A program made the translations under genes and the position numbers. From an uncultured delta proteobacterium (GTDB lineage: Bacteria; Desulfobacterota; Zymogenia; Zymogenales; Zymogenaceae): a DNA stretch of 64,000 bases. Under the pieces are notes generated by a model. The model was not told where the DNA came from, did not search any database, and saw only the letters and a list, made by a program, of their open reading frames with translations. The stretch spans positions 1 to 64,000 of the forward strand of contig CAVTLK010000004.1 in NCBI GenBank assembly GCA_963735595.1, written 5' to 3'. Below, in pieces: positions 11,957-21,089 of this stretch. Numbering within the stretch: the stretch's first letter is position 1; each line of letters starts with the position of its first letter.

Positions 11957-13042
11957 TTACAGATATTTCTCCTTCGTTTCCTTCTTTACATCCTCAAGAT
12001 AGTTCTTAATATTCTGTTCTTCCTCCTTCTTTACTATAAGGAGTACATCATCAGAATCAACTACAATATAATCCTTCAGGCCTTGAATCACCGCCACCTT
12101 ACCTGGTGAAATACTGAATACATTACTCCTGTTATCGTAAGAGAAAAGGTTTCCTCTTATCACTGAATTTCCATTTTTATCGAGTGATGAATGATCATAG
12201 AGAGAGCTCCATGTTCCCAGATCGGACCATCCTATATCGGTGCACATTACATACACATTGTCGGCTTTTTCCATGATGCCGTAATCTATCGAAATGCTCT
12301 TGCATTCGGTATAGGTCCGTCCGATGAAGCTTTTTTCCTGCCTGGTGCCGTAGAGTTTCTTTCCTTCATCAAAAGCAGCATACATATCCGGCAGATGCTT
12401 CCTGAAGGCTGAAAGGATGGAATTGATATTCCAGATGAAGATCCCTGAGTTCCAGTAAAAGTCCCCGCTCTTCAGGAACACCTTTGCAAGATCAAGATCG
12501 GGTTTCTCGGTAAATGTCTTTACTTTAAGAAGATTGTCATAACCTTTCACAGCCTTTTTACGGTCGGCCTGAATGTATCCATATCCTGTTTCAGGTCTGT
12601 CGGGCTTGATACCAAGAGTAAGCAGGGCATCATTATCCTTAACAAAATCCATGCTTTCCTGAATTACCTTGATGAATTTCTCTTCCTTTATTATCAGGTG
12701 ATCGGCAGGAGTAACAGTAATCACTGCATCGGGATTCTCCTTAAATATCCTGAAGGTTCCGTAAGCAAGGCATGGAGCTGTATTGCGGCGGAATGGCTCT
12801 GCCAGAACATTATCAGGATCGATGCCCAGCTGTTCAACAACAAGGTTCTTATGTTCAGCGCTTGTTACGACGTAAATGTTCTTTTCCGGGCAGGTTGATT
12901 TAAATCGTCTGTAGGTCTGTTGTATCAATGTCTCACCGGTACCGAGAATATCAAGGAATTGTTTTGGTCTTTCACGACGGCTTAAGGGCCAGAAACGGCT
13001 TCCAACACCGCCTGCCATGATAATAATATACCTGTTATCCAT
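11957..13042 (-). CDS. manC: Mannose-1-phosphate guanylyltransferase
   Basis: IMAGGVGSRFWPLSR..PKQF, EPFRRNTAP, PADH, ETGYGYI, FTEKP, WNSGIF, SIDYGIMEK, WSDLGTW. Confidence 0.93.
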   Translation of the reverse strand: MDNRYIIIMAGGVGSRFWPLSRRERPKQFLDILGTGETLIQQTYRRFKSTCPEKNIYVVTSAEHKNLVVEQLGIDPDNVLAEPFRRNTAPCLAYGTFRIFKENPDAVITVTPADHLIIKEEKFIKVIQESMDFVKDNDALLTLGIKPDRPETGYGYIQADRKKAVKGYDNLLKVKTFTEKPDLDLAKVFLKSGDFYWNSGIFIWNINSILSAFRKHLPDMYAAFDEGKKLYGTRQEKSFIGRTYTECKSISIDYGIMEKADNVYVMCTDIGWSDLGTWSSLYDHSSLDKNGNSVIRGNLFSYDNRSNVFSISPGKVAVIQGLKDYIVVDSDDVLLIVKKEEEQNIKNYLEDVKKETKEKYL

Positions 13043-13069
13043 GGTTTATCAATAAATTATTTAAGATTA

Positions 13070-13142
13070 CAAAGATATAACTTATTATGCTACCTCTTTT
13101 AAAAGCTGACCGGAGTAAATACAGTAAATATTTGTAATTTTG
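13070..13142. promoter_or_regulatory. Divergent Bacteroidota housekeeping -7 promoter boxes (TAnnTTTG)
   Basis: TATCTTTG on minus (13070-13077) before manC; TAATTTTG on plus (13135-13142) before mlaE. Confidence 0.55.
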
Positions 13143-13156
13143 CCTTCTCAAAATCA

Positions 13157-13906
13157 ATGCAGATCATGAGGTTTCTGGAACAACTGGGACTCTATTTCAT
13201 ACTTCTTAAAAAGGTTTTTTCAAAACCCGAAAAAGCTTCATTATATTACAGGCAGACGATGCATGAAATGGTTTACCTCGGGTTCAATTCAGTAGGCATC
13301 ATCGCAATAATCTCCTTTTTCATGGGATCGGCAATAACACTACAGACTGCCTATAACACTGAAAACCCAATCTATCCGCTTTATCTTATTGGTCTTGGCT
13401 GCCGCGATTCTATCATTCTGGAATTCTCTTCAACAATTTCTGCCCTGATACTAGCAGGCAAAGTCGGCTCAAATATAGCATCTGAGATAGGCACAATGCG
13501 TATCACCGAACAGATTGATGCACTTGAAATTATGGGAGTAAACTCTGCAAGCTATCTTATTCTTCCAAAAATAATAGCAACGCTTATATTCAATCCTTTT
13601 CTTACACTCATCAGTATCATAGTTGGTATCGTAGGTGGTGGAATAGCCGGAACTATGGCAGGGGTAGTAACACTGGAGGACTTCATTTACGGTGTTCAGT
13701 ATGCTTTCATACCTTATTATATAACTTACTCTTTAATTAAAACCCTGTTTTTTGCATTTATTATTACCACCGTTTCAGCGTTCCAGGGATACTACGTTAC
13801 AGGAGGTTCGCTTGAGGTAGGCCGTGCAAGCACCAAAGCTGTCGTCTACAGCAGTATCCTGATCCTCGTTTTCAATGTAATACTTACTCAATTATTGCTG
13901 TCATGA
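13157..13906 (+). CDS. mlaE: MlaE-family ABC transporter permease
   Basis: LAGKVGSNIASEIGTMRITEQIDALEIMG; GGSLEVGRASTKAVV. Confidence 0.9.
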   Translation: MQIMRFLEQLGLYFILLKKVFSKPEKASLYYRQTMHEMVYLGFNSVGIIAIISFFMGSAITLQTAYNTENPIYPLYLIGLGCRDSIILEFSSTISALILAGKVGSNIASEIGTMRITEQIDALEIMGVNSASYLILPKIIATLIFNPFLTLISIIVGIVGGGIAGTMAGVVTLEDFIYGVQYAFIPYYITYSLIKTLFFAFIITTVSAFQGYYVTGGSLEVGRASTKAVVYSSILILVFNVILTQLLLS

Positions 13907-14658
13907 TAAGGGTAAATAACATTGATAAGTCTTTTAACGGTAAAAGCGTGCTGGATAATATCTCTGTTGTTTTTGAACCCGGCAAGACAAATCTTATTAT
14001 TGGCCGAAGCGGCTCAGGAAAAACGGTGCTGTTGAAATCCATTGTCGGACTTCACGATATAGACGCCGGAGAGATCTGGTATGAGGATGTGCTCTTCAAT
14101 AAACTGGATTTTAACGGGAAAAAGGAGGTCAGAAAACTGATGGGAATGCTTTTCCAGGGAAGCGCTCTCTTTGATTCAATGACAACCGAACAAAATGTAA
14201 GGTTCCCTCTCGATATGTTCACAAACCAGAGTGCAGAAGAAAAGACCGAGAGGGTAAACTTCTGTCTGAAAAGAGTCGATATTTTAAATGCCAATAATCT
14301 ATTTCCGGCAGAACTGTCGGGAGGAATGAAGAAACGGGTAGCAATAGCCAGGGCAATAGCTCTCAATCCCAGATATCTTTTCTGCGATGAACCAAATTCG
14401 GGGCTCGATCCGATAACGGCAATCCTTATTGATGAACTGATAAAGGAGATCACTGAAGAATATTCAATGACAACTATAGTCAATACTCATGATATGAATT
14501 CAGTTATGGAGATTGGCGAAAAGATCATCTTCATAAATGAAGGTGTCAAGTGCTGGGAAGGCAGCAAAAATGAAATACTTAAGTCTGATTGTGAAATACT
14601 TAACGATTTTGTCTTTGCCAACGCTCTTGCAAAGCAGCTTAGGTCAACTCAAAAATAA
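13903..14658 (+). CDS. mlaF: MlaF-family ABC transporter ATP-binding protein
   Basis: GRSGSGKT, FQGSALFDS, LSGGMKKRVAIARA, CDEPNSGLDP; overlaps the mlaE stop. Confidence 0.88.
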   Translation: MIRVNNIDKSFNGKSVLDNISVVFEPGKTNLIIGRSGSGKTVLLKSIVGLHDIDAGEIWYEDVLFNKLDFNGKKEVRKLMGMLFQGSALFDSMTTEQNVRFPLDMFTNQSAEEKTERVNFCLKRVDILNANNLFPAELSGGMKKRVAIARAIALNPRYLFCDEPNSGLDPITAILIDELIKEITEEYSMTTIVNTHDMNSVMEIGEKIIFINEGVKCWEGSKNEILKSDCEILNDFVFANALAKQLRSTQK

Positions 14659-14672
14659 GCTATCCCGATTAA

Positions 14673-16175
14673 TCACTTTTTCTTTTTAGCAGCAGGTGCT
14701 TCCTCCTGCATCATTAACATAGGTTTGTCGTTTTTCTTTTCAACCCTGTTCCCGAAAGCAAGATTCATCCCCAATCTGATATGCACCGTATTCCAGCTTG
14801 CGGGAAGAGGAATTGTAGTGCCCTCTGTTTTAATCTTATTCCAGGTAACCGGGATTCTGTCGGCCAGCAGATAAAACTGGAACCATCCGGGTTTGAAGGC
14901 AAGTCCGAATCCCAGGTTGTCGTACCTGTGATTCATTGCAGTGTAGGCGATTGTCGTTGAAAAAACATTCCTGATATTAAGGTTTGCCGACAAGGTAAGA
15001 GCTTCTTTTATCTGGGAACCGACAAACTTTGTGTAAGAAAGCACTCCGACTGAAAAACTATTTGTCAGGTTATAGCTTCCTCCCAGGCTTACACCGAAAG
15101 GAAGAGTAGTTGTAAATGCCGATTTTGTATCGCTGAGATAAAAAGAATTCTGAAGGGAATCGAGAAGGATGGTGCCAAGAGAATCAAAGTCCATAGTTCC
15201 GTTATAAACTTCAAGCATATCGATACCGCTGAACAAGAACTCACTCCTGGCTTCAAGGTTTGAGACATCCTTTTTCCATTTAATATATCCAAGATCGGTT
15301 ACTGCTGCCGACACCTTAAGTTTATCGGATATCTTATATTCAGCGCCTATGTCAACGCCAAGTCCCATATTTTTTGTCCCAAGGATAAAGTCAATGATTT
15401 CGCTTGTCTCCTCAAATTGCGAATCATCAAATCCTACACTGTCGATTGTATTCTGGCCTGAAACGTAAAAGCTGACAGGAGCGCTGAAATTTGCTGTCAG
15501 ATCGGCATTGAATGTATGGGTATAATAGTCATCCACAGTTATTCCAAGCGATCTGTTATCGATTGATGCAGAGGCAATGCCGAAGAGAGTTTTAAACTTG
15601 ATGCCCAGACGCAGTTCTTCAGTAAAGTTCTTTGAAAAACCGATTCCGGCCTCTCTGTAATACATTGCATTACCTCTCAGCGAAGAGAGGTCAATGGTTT
15701 TCCCGACAAACTGTTCGTTTCCTTCTAATCCAAGACGGAGAAAATCGCCGGGAAGAGCAATGTTTACGTCAGCCCGTTCATTTATATCAAGAAATACGTA
15801 AAGATCCTTCCCCACACCAAAGCCAAGTCCGAACAATTGAACAAGCGCTTCAGCCTGCATAGCATTTACATCCTTTATCTTCTTCACGAATTCCGAAGGA
15901 TCATAATCAGGATGAAAAATAGTCACAACAGAATCGGGCACAACTCCATTAACAAATACATCGGAGAAGTTAAAGAAATTGTTGTTTATGTTCAGATTGA
16001 TCCCCGACACGACCGGCAAGCCTATGTAAACCTTGTTGGAAGGTTTCAGAGCAGGGTTAAGCATGTGATTCTGAGGCAGGTTCATATAGTAAAGAACCTG
16101 GCTGTTCTGCGCCGCTGAATTAAGAGATATTACAGCCAGCAGAGTTACCAGAATATATTTTGATTTCCTCATCAT
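14673..16175 (-). CDS. Outer-membrane beta-barrel-like protein (DUF5723-like)
   Basis: Signal peptide, MLNPA motif, alternating beta-strand patterns (GVDIGAEYK, SAAVTDLGYIKW, RLGMNLAFG). Family assignment is from memory. Confidence 0.6.
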   Translation of the reverse strand: MMRKSKYILVTLLAVISLNSAAQNSQVLYYMNLPQNHMLNPALKPSNKVYIGLPVVSGINLNINNNFFNFSDVFVNGVVPDSVVTIFHPDYDPSEFVKKIKDVNAMQAEALVQLFGLGFGVGKDLYVFLDINERADVNIALPGDFLRLGLEGNEQFVGKTIDLSSLRGNAMYYREAGIGFSKNFTEELRLGIKFKTLFGIASASIDNRSLGITVDDYYTHTFNADLTANFSAPVSFYVSGQNTIDSVGFDDSQFEETSEIIDFILGTKNMGLGVDIGAEYKISDKLKVSAAVTDLGYIKWKKDVSNLEARSEFLFSGIDMLEVYNGTMDFDSLGTILLDSLQNSFYLSDTKSAFTTTLPFGVSLGGSYNLTNSFSVGVLSYTKFVGSQIKEALTLSANLNIRNVFSTTIAYTAMNHRYDNLGFGLAFKPGWFQFYLLADRIPVTWNKIKTEGTTIPLPASWNTVHIRLGMNLAFGNRVEKKNDKPMLMMQEEAPAAKKKK

Positions 16176-16195
16176 ATCCTGAGAATTTCTTAGGT

Positions 16196-18208
16196 TCATT
16201 TTGAGTTAAATTTTAGGTTCGGCTTAAGAACAAGCGCAGCTTTAAAGTCAATGCCGTAATCAGAATAAATCTTAACATCTTTTGTCCCGTTATCCGTTGT
16301 ACTCAGGGCAAAACTGAAAATGATCATATCTGCCTCGTTTACTGAGCTCCAGAATCTGTCGGTAATTGTTATGCTCGTTCTGGATGTCGTTGGTCCGGTT
16401 ACTTTACCATCAACTCCGACCGGGGCAGCTGCGAGGATCTCTTTGGCATTAACAGGGCAAATAGTATCGCCCGTAGCTGAGTTATAAAGGCTCATGGTTA
16501 CAAGTATCCCAAGAGGGAATCCATTTTCAACCTCGAGGTCAACTCTCAGATATTCAAAGTCTTCGACCCTGATTGGAGAATCTTCATCGGGGTCTTCTTC
16601 TTTAATGAAATTATCGACTGTGTCGGTGAACTGAATATTATTGATGCTGAACTCCATTGGCACTTCAACTTCCAGGTCGCCTATGAAACGGCTGTCGCCG
16701 AATATATAGTTGTTCATACTTTCTCCGGGGCCGGGATTCATTTCCGCACCTCCTTCAAAGCATATTTTTTCAGGAAGCATTGAAACCAGATCTGCCAGGT
16801 TCGAATTTGCATTGCTTACTTTGAAAAGAGTATCCTTGTCGCGGGCAGCAGGGAAACGGGGATAGCCAAGGATAAATGGATTGATGCCAAGAGAGACAGG
16901 TGTTTTGCCCTCCCTGTACCCTGTCGCCTGAAGATCTATTTGTAGGGGAACAGAGAAAGAGTTTCTGTATTTAAGTGTAATTGAAGGATTTGTAAGATGA
17001 AAATCTGCGGAGATCTTTTTCAGAATATCCTGAATCTCCAAATCAACCGTGTCCTTATCTATTGTTTCTGTCTGTTTGCCGAAATACCCTTTGACGTGAT
17101 CGAATTCCGGATTCTTCATGGCCAGATCAATTGATATTTCATCTTCGCTGTTGAATGTCACCATGTTATTCTGTGAGCTTATCATGATCTGGTATTGAAC
17201 AGGTAACTTGTTATACGGTTGCGCCGCAATGCTTCCCAGGCTGATACGGGAATTGCTCACAGAGAAACTGTCGACAAGGTTGGCTGTCGGATTAACTACA
17301 AATGACTCAGTTATCGGATTTGTACCACTGGTGGGTAGTGTTAAAGAGACTGTAGCCTGAAGCGGAGTCCCGTTATTGATATTGTAGGAGATATACCCTG
17401 TCTTCATAACGATCGAATCGATTTTAATACCATCTCCGGGATCAAAATCCACTGTGTCTGTATTGTCATTGTCGAGGGCCGGAAGGGACTGTGGAGAAAT
17501 TTTAATACGGCCTGATTTTACCTTCATATCACGGCCTGTCATCTGAATTTCCAGGTTTGATCCATTCAGGACAAGGCCTCCTCCTGCAGTAATGACAAAG
17601 ACTGCAGAGGTATTATTTTTTATGAAAGTAAGATCTGCCAGGTTTATGGTGGCAGTTCCGGTCTGTCCCGGATTTATTGCACTTATCACCGCCGGAGCTC
17701 CAAGAGGGGTATGTGGAGATACATTATATATTCTTATTGTTATGTTGGTAATTGTTACTCCCGTATTATTCCTCACTACAATATCGAGTGCCCCCTGGCT
17801 GAGAGTTGCATTTTCAAAATTTGAAATTACGGGAAAAGGCAACTCTCCCGTCGTTGTAAGCGGGAAAACAGAGCCGGTGAAAGGTGCAAGATCAATTTCT
17901 CCGATCGTGTATGATTCGCTGAAAGAGACCATGTCTTCCAGATCGAGGAAATCATCCAATCCGAATTCCACTAAAGAATCTTTTTTGATTATTATTCTTA
18001 TAAAGCCATCTTCATCAAATACTACCGTATCATTTGGGATCTCTTTTATATCCAGAAGCGATATCTTTCCTCTCACGACTGAGACCCCGAAGGTTGGAGA
18101 CCATTGAACCTTACCTGAAAGTTTATCCATGTTGTAAGTTTCTTTGAAGCATCCTGCTGTCGCAAGGAAAGCTGCCATTGAAAAGAGTACCAGTATTTTT
18201 CTTACCAT
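16196..18208 (-). CDS. Hypothetical beta-rich lipoprotein
   Basis: 670-aa ORF with lipobox TAGC; co-oriented with the barrel gene. Confidence 0.6.
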   Translation of the reverse strand: MVRKILVLFSMAAFLATAGCFKETYNMDKLSGKVQWSPTFGVSVVRGKISLLDIKEIPNDTVVFDEDGFIRIIIKKDSLVEFGLDDFLDLEDMVSFSESYTIGEIDLAPFTGSVFPLTTTGELPFPVISNFENATLSQGALDIVVRNNTGVTITNITIRIYNVSPHTPLGAPAVISAINPGQTGTATINLADLTFIKNNTSAVFVITAGGGLVLNGSNLEIQMTGRDMKVKSGRIKISPQSLPALDNDNTDTVDFDPGDGIKIDSIVMKTGYISYNINNGTPLQATVSLTLPTSGTNPITESFVVNPTANLVDSFSVSNSRISLGSIAAQPYNKLPVQYQIMISSQNNMVTFNSEDEISIDLAMKNPEFDHVKGYFGKQTETIDKDTVDLEIQDILKKISADFHLTNPSITLKYRNSFSVPLQIDLQATGYREGKTPVSLGINPFILGYPRFPAARDKDTLFKVSNANSNLADLVSMLPEKICFEGGAEMNPGPGESMNNYIFGDSRFIGDLEVEVPMEFSINNIQFTDTVDNFIKEEDPDEDSPIRVEDFEYLRVDLEVENGFPLGILVTMSLYNSATGDTICPVNAKEILAAAPVGVDGKVTGPTTSRTSITITDRFWSSVNEADMIIFSFALSTTDNGTKDVKIYSDYGIDFKAALVLKPNLKFNSK

Positions 18209-18215
18209 GAATTTG

Positions 18216-20891
18216 TCATTTAGTATTTGTGTCGAGTTTATAATTATACAGGAATCTGTCGGTACCTCCTACTATAAGGTGCCAGCCGCTCTTTTCCGAC
18301 AGTTTCCCGATAGAAAACATCGAGGCGCCCCTGAGAGGGAACCCGTTCATAGTATCTCCGTTTTTGTCGATAAGGTAAATCAGGTTATTATTTATGTCAA
18401 AAACTCCAATTTTCCTGTCAGATGATGAAAAAATAAAATTTATCGGTCCTCCAAGCCTGCCCGTGCCCAGTTCCCTGGTAAATAGTTCCGACCCGTTATG
18501 ATTATAAAGATACAATATCCCTCTGTCAATAAAAATATATTCACCAAAACCATCGCCATTTACGTCAAAAATATCGAATGAATGGTCAATTGATAACTTC
18601 CTGAAAGATGTTTTCTTTACACTTCCGTCGAAAAATATATGCTGAATCGTGCCATCCGGTGAAGAGCATATAACCGATGGCTTTGACCCGGGGATAAGCC
18701 TGATTGCCGATTTTTCAGCCCTGGTGACAGGTTCCTTCAGTGTAAGCCTGGAGTTTCCTGTCCGGTCAATGAAATAGACCGACGTCTCATCTGAAATAAT
18801 GAGGTAGTCCTTGCCTGAAACCCTTATCCATGATATCTCAGATCTTACGAGGCTGGTAGTCCGGAATGGTTTCCAGCCTTTCACAACATTTCCATTAATG
18901 TCGTAGGCATATACCAGTTTATCATCACCGGCGATCAGCAACCTGTAATTCCGGTTATTGTCATAATCAAAAAGAGCAAGTGAGTTGGTTGCAGGAGATC
19001 TCAGCTTAACCGGATATCTTTCGGTATAATTACCGTTCCTGTCGAGAAGATGAAGGTAATTTCTTCCTGAAAAAAGCAGCTGATATTTCCCGTTTTTCAG
19101 ATAATCAACCATATAGATAGATCCTGCTATCCTCTCTCTAAGTGGAACCTTCCACAGTACTCTTCCTGCTGCGTTTATCAGGTAGGCGTTATTCCTCATG
19201 TCCTGAATGAAGATCTCTTTTGCGCCTGTAAGATGATTCGTAAAGAAGAATGGTTTTATAGCTGCAACTGTATCAAGAAGCGTTTCCCATTCCGTTGTCG
19301 ATTCTTCCCTCGCTTCCCCTCTGAACCTGACCGACAGGCTGTTGTAAAGCATGTCGTTGCTGGCAACAAACTGATATCCGACAGCCTGGATCTTATTCAG
19401 TGAGGTTTTGTTTGATTTCAGAGATTTTACGAAGTCCACATCGAGCCAGCGGGCAATATAATCTATCGCCCGTGAAGGCACTGCATAGAAAAAGTATCCT
19501 GCAATGCTGGGCAGAGTGCTTTCAAAATCGCGGTAGGTGATGTCGTTGGCAAGTGTCTTATTAAGAAGATTATCGTAAAGAAGCCTTGAAACAGTTATAT
19601 ATGAACTTCCGGTAATCATATAATTGTCGTAAAATGCGAACCAGGAATCGTCAAATTTATCGGCAAAACCAGGTAAAAGGAGAGAGTTGAAGCCCCGGTA
19701 TGGGGTTATATAAACCGGAACCTTAATTTGTTCGTCGGGCTGGAAATACTGGATATTACCCCTTTCCTCAAGTTCACCGAAATCATCGAGGAATATTTTT
19801 TCGGCGTACACCCTGTTCTTTAATTCATATATTATTACGGAATTATCGCCCACCGGCCTCTCCCTGATATCGATGTATGCTTTTGTGATTTCTTCGCCTA
19901 TATAATCCCTGAGCTTTTTTGCAAGTTCTGCCGGTTTCGTATTTGAAGCTGTAAGTGACGGAAACTCAGGATTCAGGACTGATTCAAAAAAGACTGTTGC
20001 CGAGGGAAGGATCTTATAGGTATGAAACAATCCCGGTGTTGCTTTCTTATATTTATAGAGATATTCTTTCGGGTCGGTGCTTTCGGTGTAACCGCTGAGC
20101 ACCAGATCGTTTTCGCTGAGATAGATGTCGCTGCCACCGCATCCGGCAAGATTTCCTGTTTGCCTCACCAGACCGGAGAACTCGTCCCTGAAGAGAGGTT
20201 TTAAAAGAGGAGGCAGGTTATTGAACAGCACAAAGATCTTATCTTCATTTTTACCCGATGCCTGATATACTTTTGCAAAGCCGGGTTGATTTCTGATATC
20301 ATTATCGCGGGAAATCTGAACAATAGCTTCTTTTACCAGCTTTTCAGAGGCAGTACATATAAGAATACCGGAAAATACCGAGATAAAAACAGTATCGCTC
20401 TGGTTATTAATATTGTATGGCAGTACCAGAACTTGATTTGCAAGGATATCTCTTTCATTTACCGATTTTATCCCTGATATTTTGAGAATATCCTTTATCT
20501 GCTTTGATCTGATGTCGGAGGTAACAGCCATTGAAAACACAGGCTGAAGCCCTCCGGATCCTGAAAGGTGAAATGATATCAGCGCAGCATTCCCTGTCAA
20601 TATTTTCTTATAAGCCGGTCTGTTAAGCTGATCAGCCAGAAATTTGATTTTCGTGTTATAAGTTTCAAATTCCCTGATTCTCCCGATCTCACCTAAGAGT
20701 CCTTTACCCGTGGTGAGTGAGTTGACAAAACTCTGAAGATCAATTGTCTCTATAACAGCAACAGCACCCGGTGAAATGGCTTTGTACGGGTCGGTGACGG
20801 GAATCGTTTTGCCCTTTTGAAGAAAATAGCCCAGCACCACGAGACCCAGAACCAGAATAATTACAAAGACGACTGCCAATCTTTTTTTCAC
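18216..20891 (-). CDS. Membrane-anchored hypothetical protein with C-terminal beta-propeller/FG-GAP-like repeats
   Basis: 891-aa ORF, N-terminal TM helix; repeats such as DYLKNGKYQLL, DYDNNRNYRLL, DVNGDGFGEYI, GFPL. Confidence 0.6.
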   Translation of the reverse strand: MKKRLAVVFVIILVLGLVVLGYFLQKGKTIPVTDPYKAISPGAVAVIETIDLQSFVNSLTTGKGLLGEIGRIREFETYNTKIKFLADQLNRPAYKKILTGNAALISFHLSGSGGLQPVFSMAVTSDIRSKQIKDILKISGIKSVNERDILANQVLVLPYNINNQSDTVFISVFSGILICTASEKLVKEAIVQISRDNDIRNQPGFAKVYQASGKNEDKIFVLFNNLPPLLKPLFRDEFSGLVRQTGNLAGCGGSDIYLSENDLVLSGYTESTDPKEYLYKYKKATPGLFHTYKILPSATVFFESVLNPEFPSLTASNTKPAELAKKLRDYIGEEITKAYIDIRERPVGDNSVIIYELKNRVYAEKIFLDDFGELEERGNIQYFQPDEQIKVPVYITPYRGFNSLLLPGFADKFDDSWFAFYDNYMITGSSYITVSRLLYDNLLNKTLANDITYRDFESTLPSIAGYFFYAVPSRAIDYIARWLDVDFVKSLKSNKTSLNKIQAVGYQFVASNDMLYNSLSVRFRGEAREESTTEWETLLDTVAAIKPFFFTNHLTGAKEIFIQDMRNNAYLINAAGRVLWKVPLRERIAGSIYMVDYLKNGKYQLLFSGRNYLHLLDRNGNYTERYPVKLRSPATNSLALFDYDNNRNYRLLIAGDDKLVYAYDINGNVVKGWKPFRTTSLVRSEISWIRVSGKDYLIISDETSVYFIDRTGNSRLTLKEPVTRAEKSAIRLIPGSKPSVICSSPDGTIQHIFFDGSVKKTSFRKLSIDHSFDIFDVNGDGFGEYIFIDRGILYLYNHNGSELFTRELGTGRLGGPINFIFSSSDRKIGVFDINNNLIYLIDKNGDTMNGFPLRGASMFSIGKLSEKSGWHLIVGGTDRFLYNYKLDTNTK

Positions 20892-21089
20892 GGGCGTAGC
20901 ATTAATTTTTGAGCCTTTTCAAAATTAGGAAATAAAAGAGAACATTATTATGTAAACGAAAAACAGCAGATTTATATTTCCTGGCATTAAAGTTGTGTTT
21001 AAAATTGTTAATACCTCTATTCCAAAGGTCCCCCGGCGGGGAAGGAGCTTGTTTTTTATTATTTTTATAATCCTTTACATCTGATCAGA

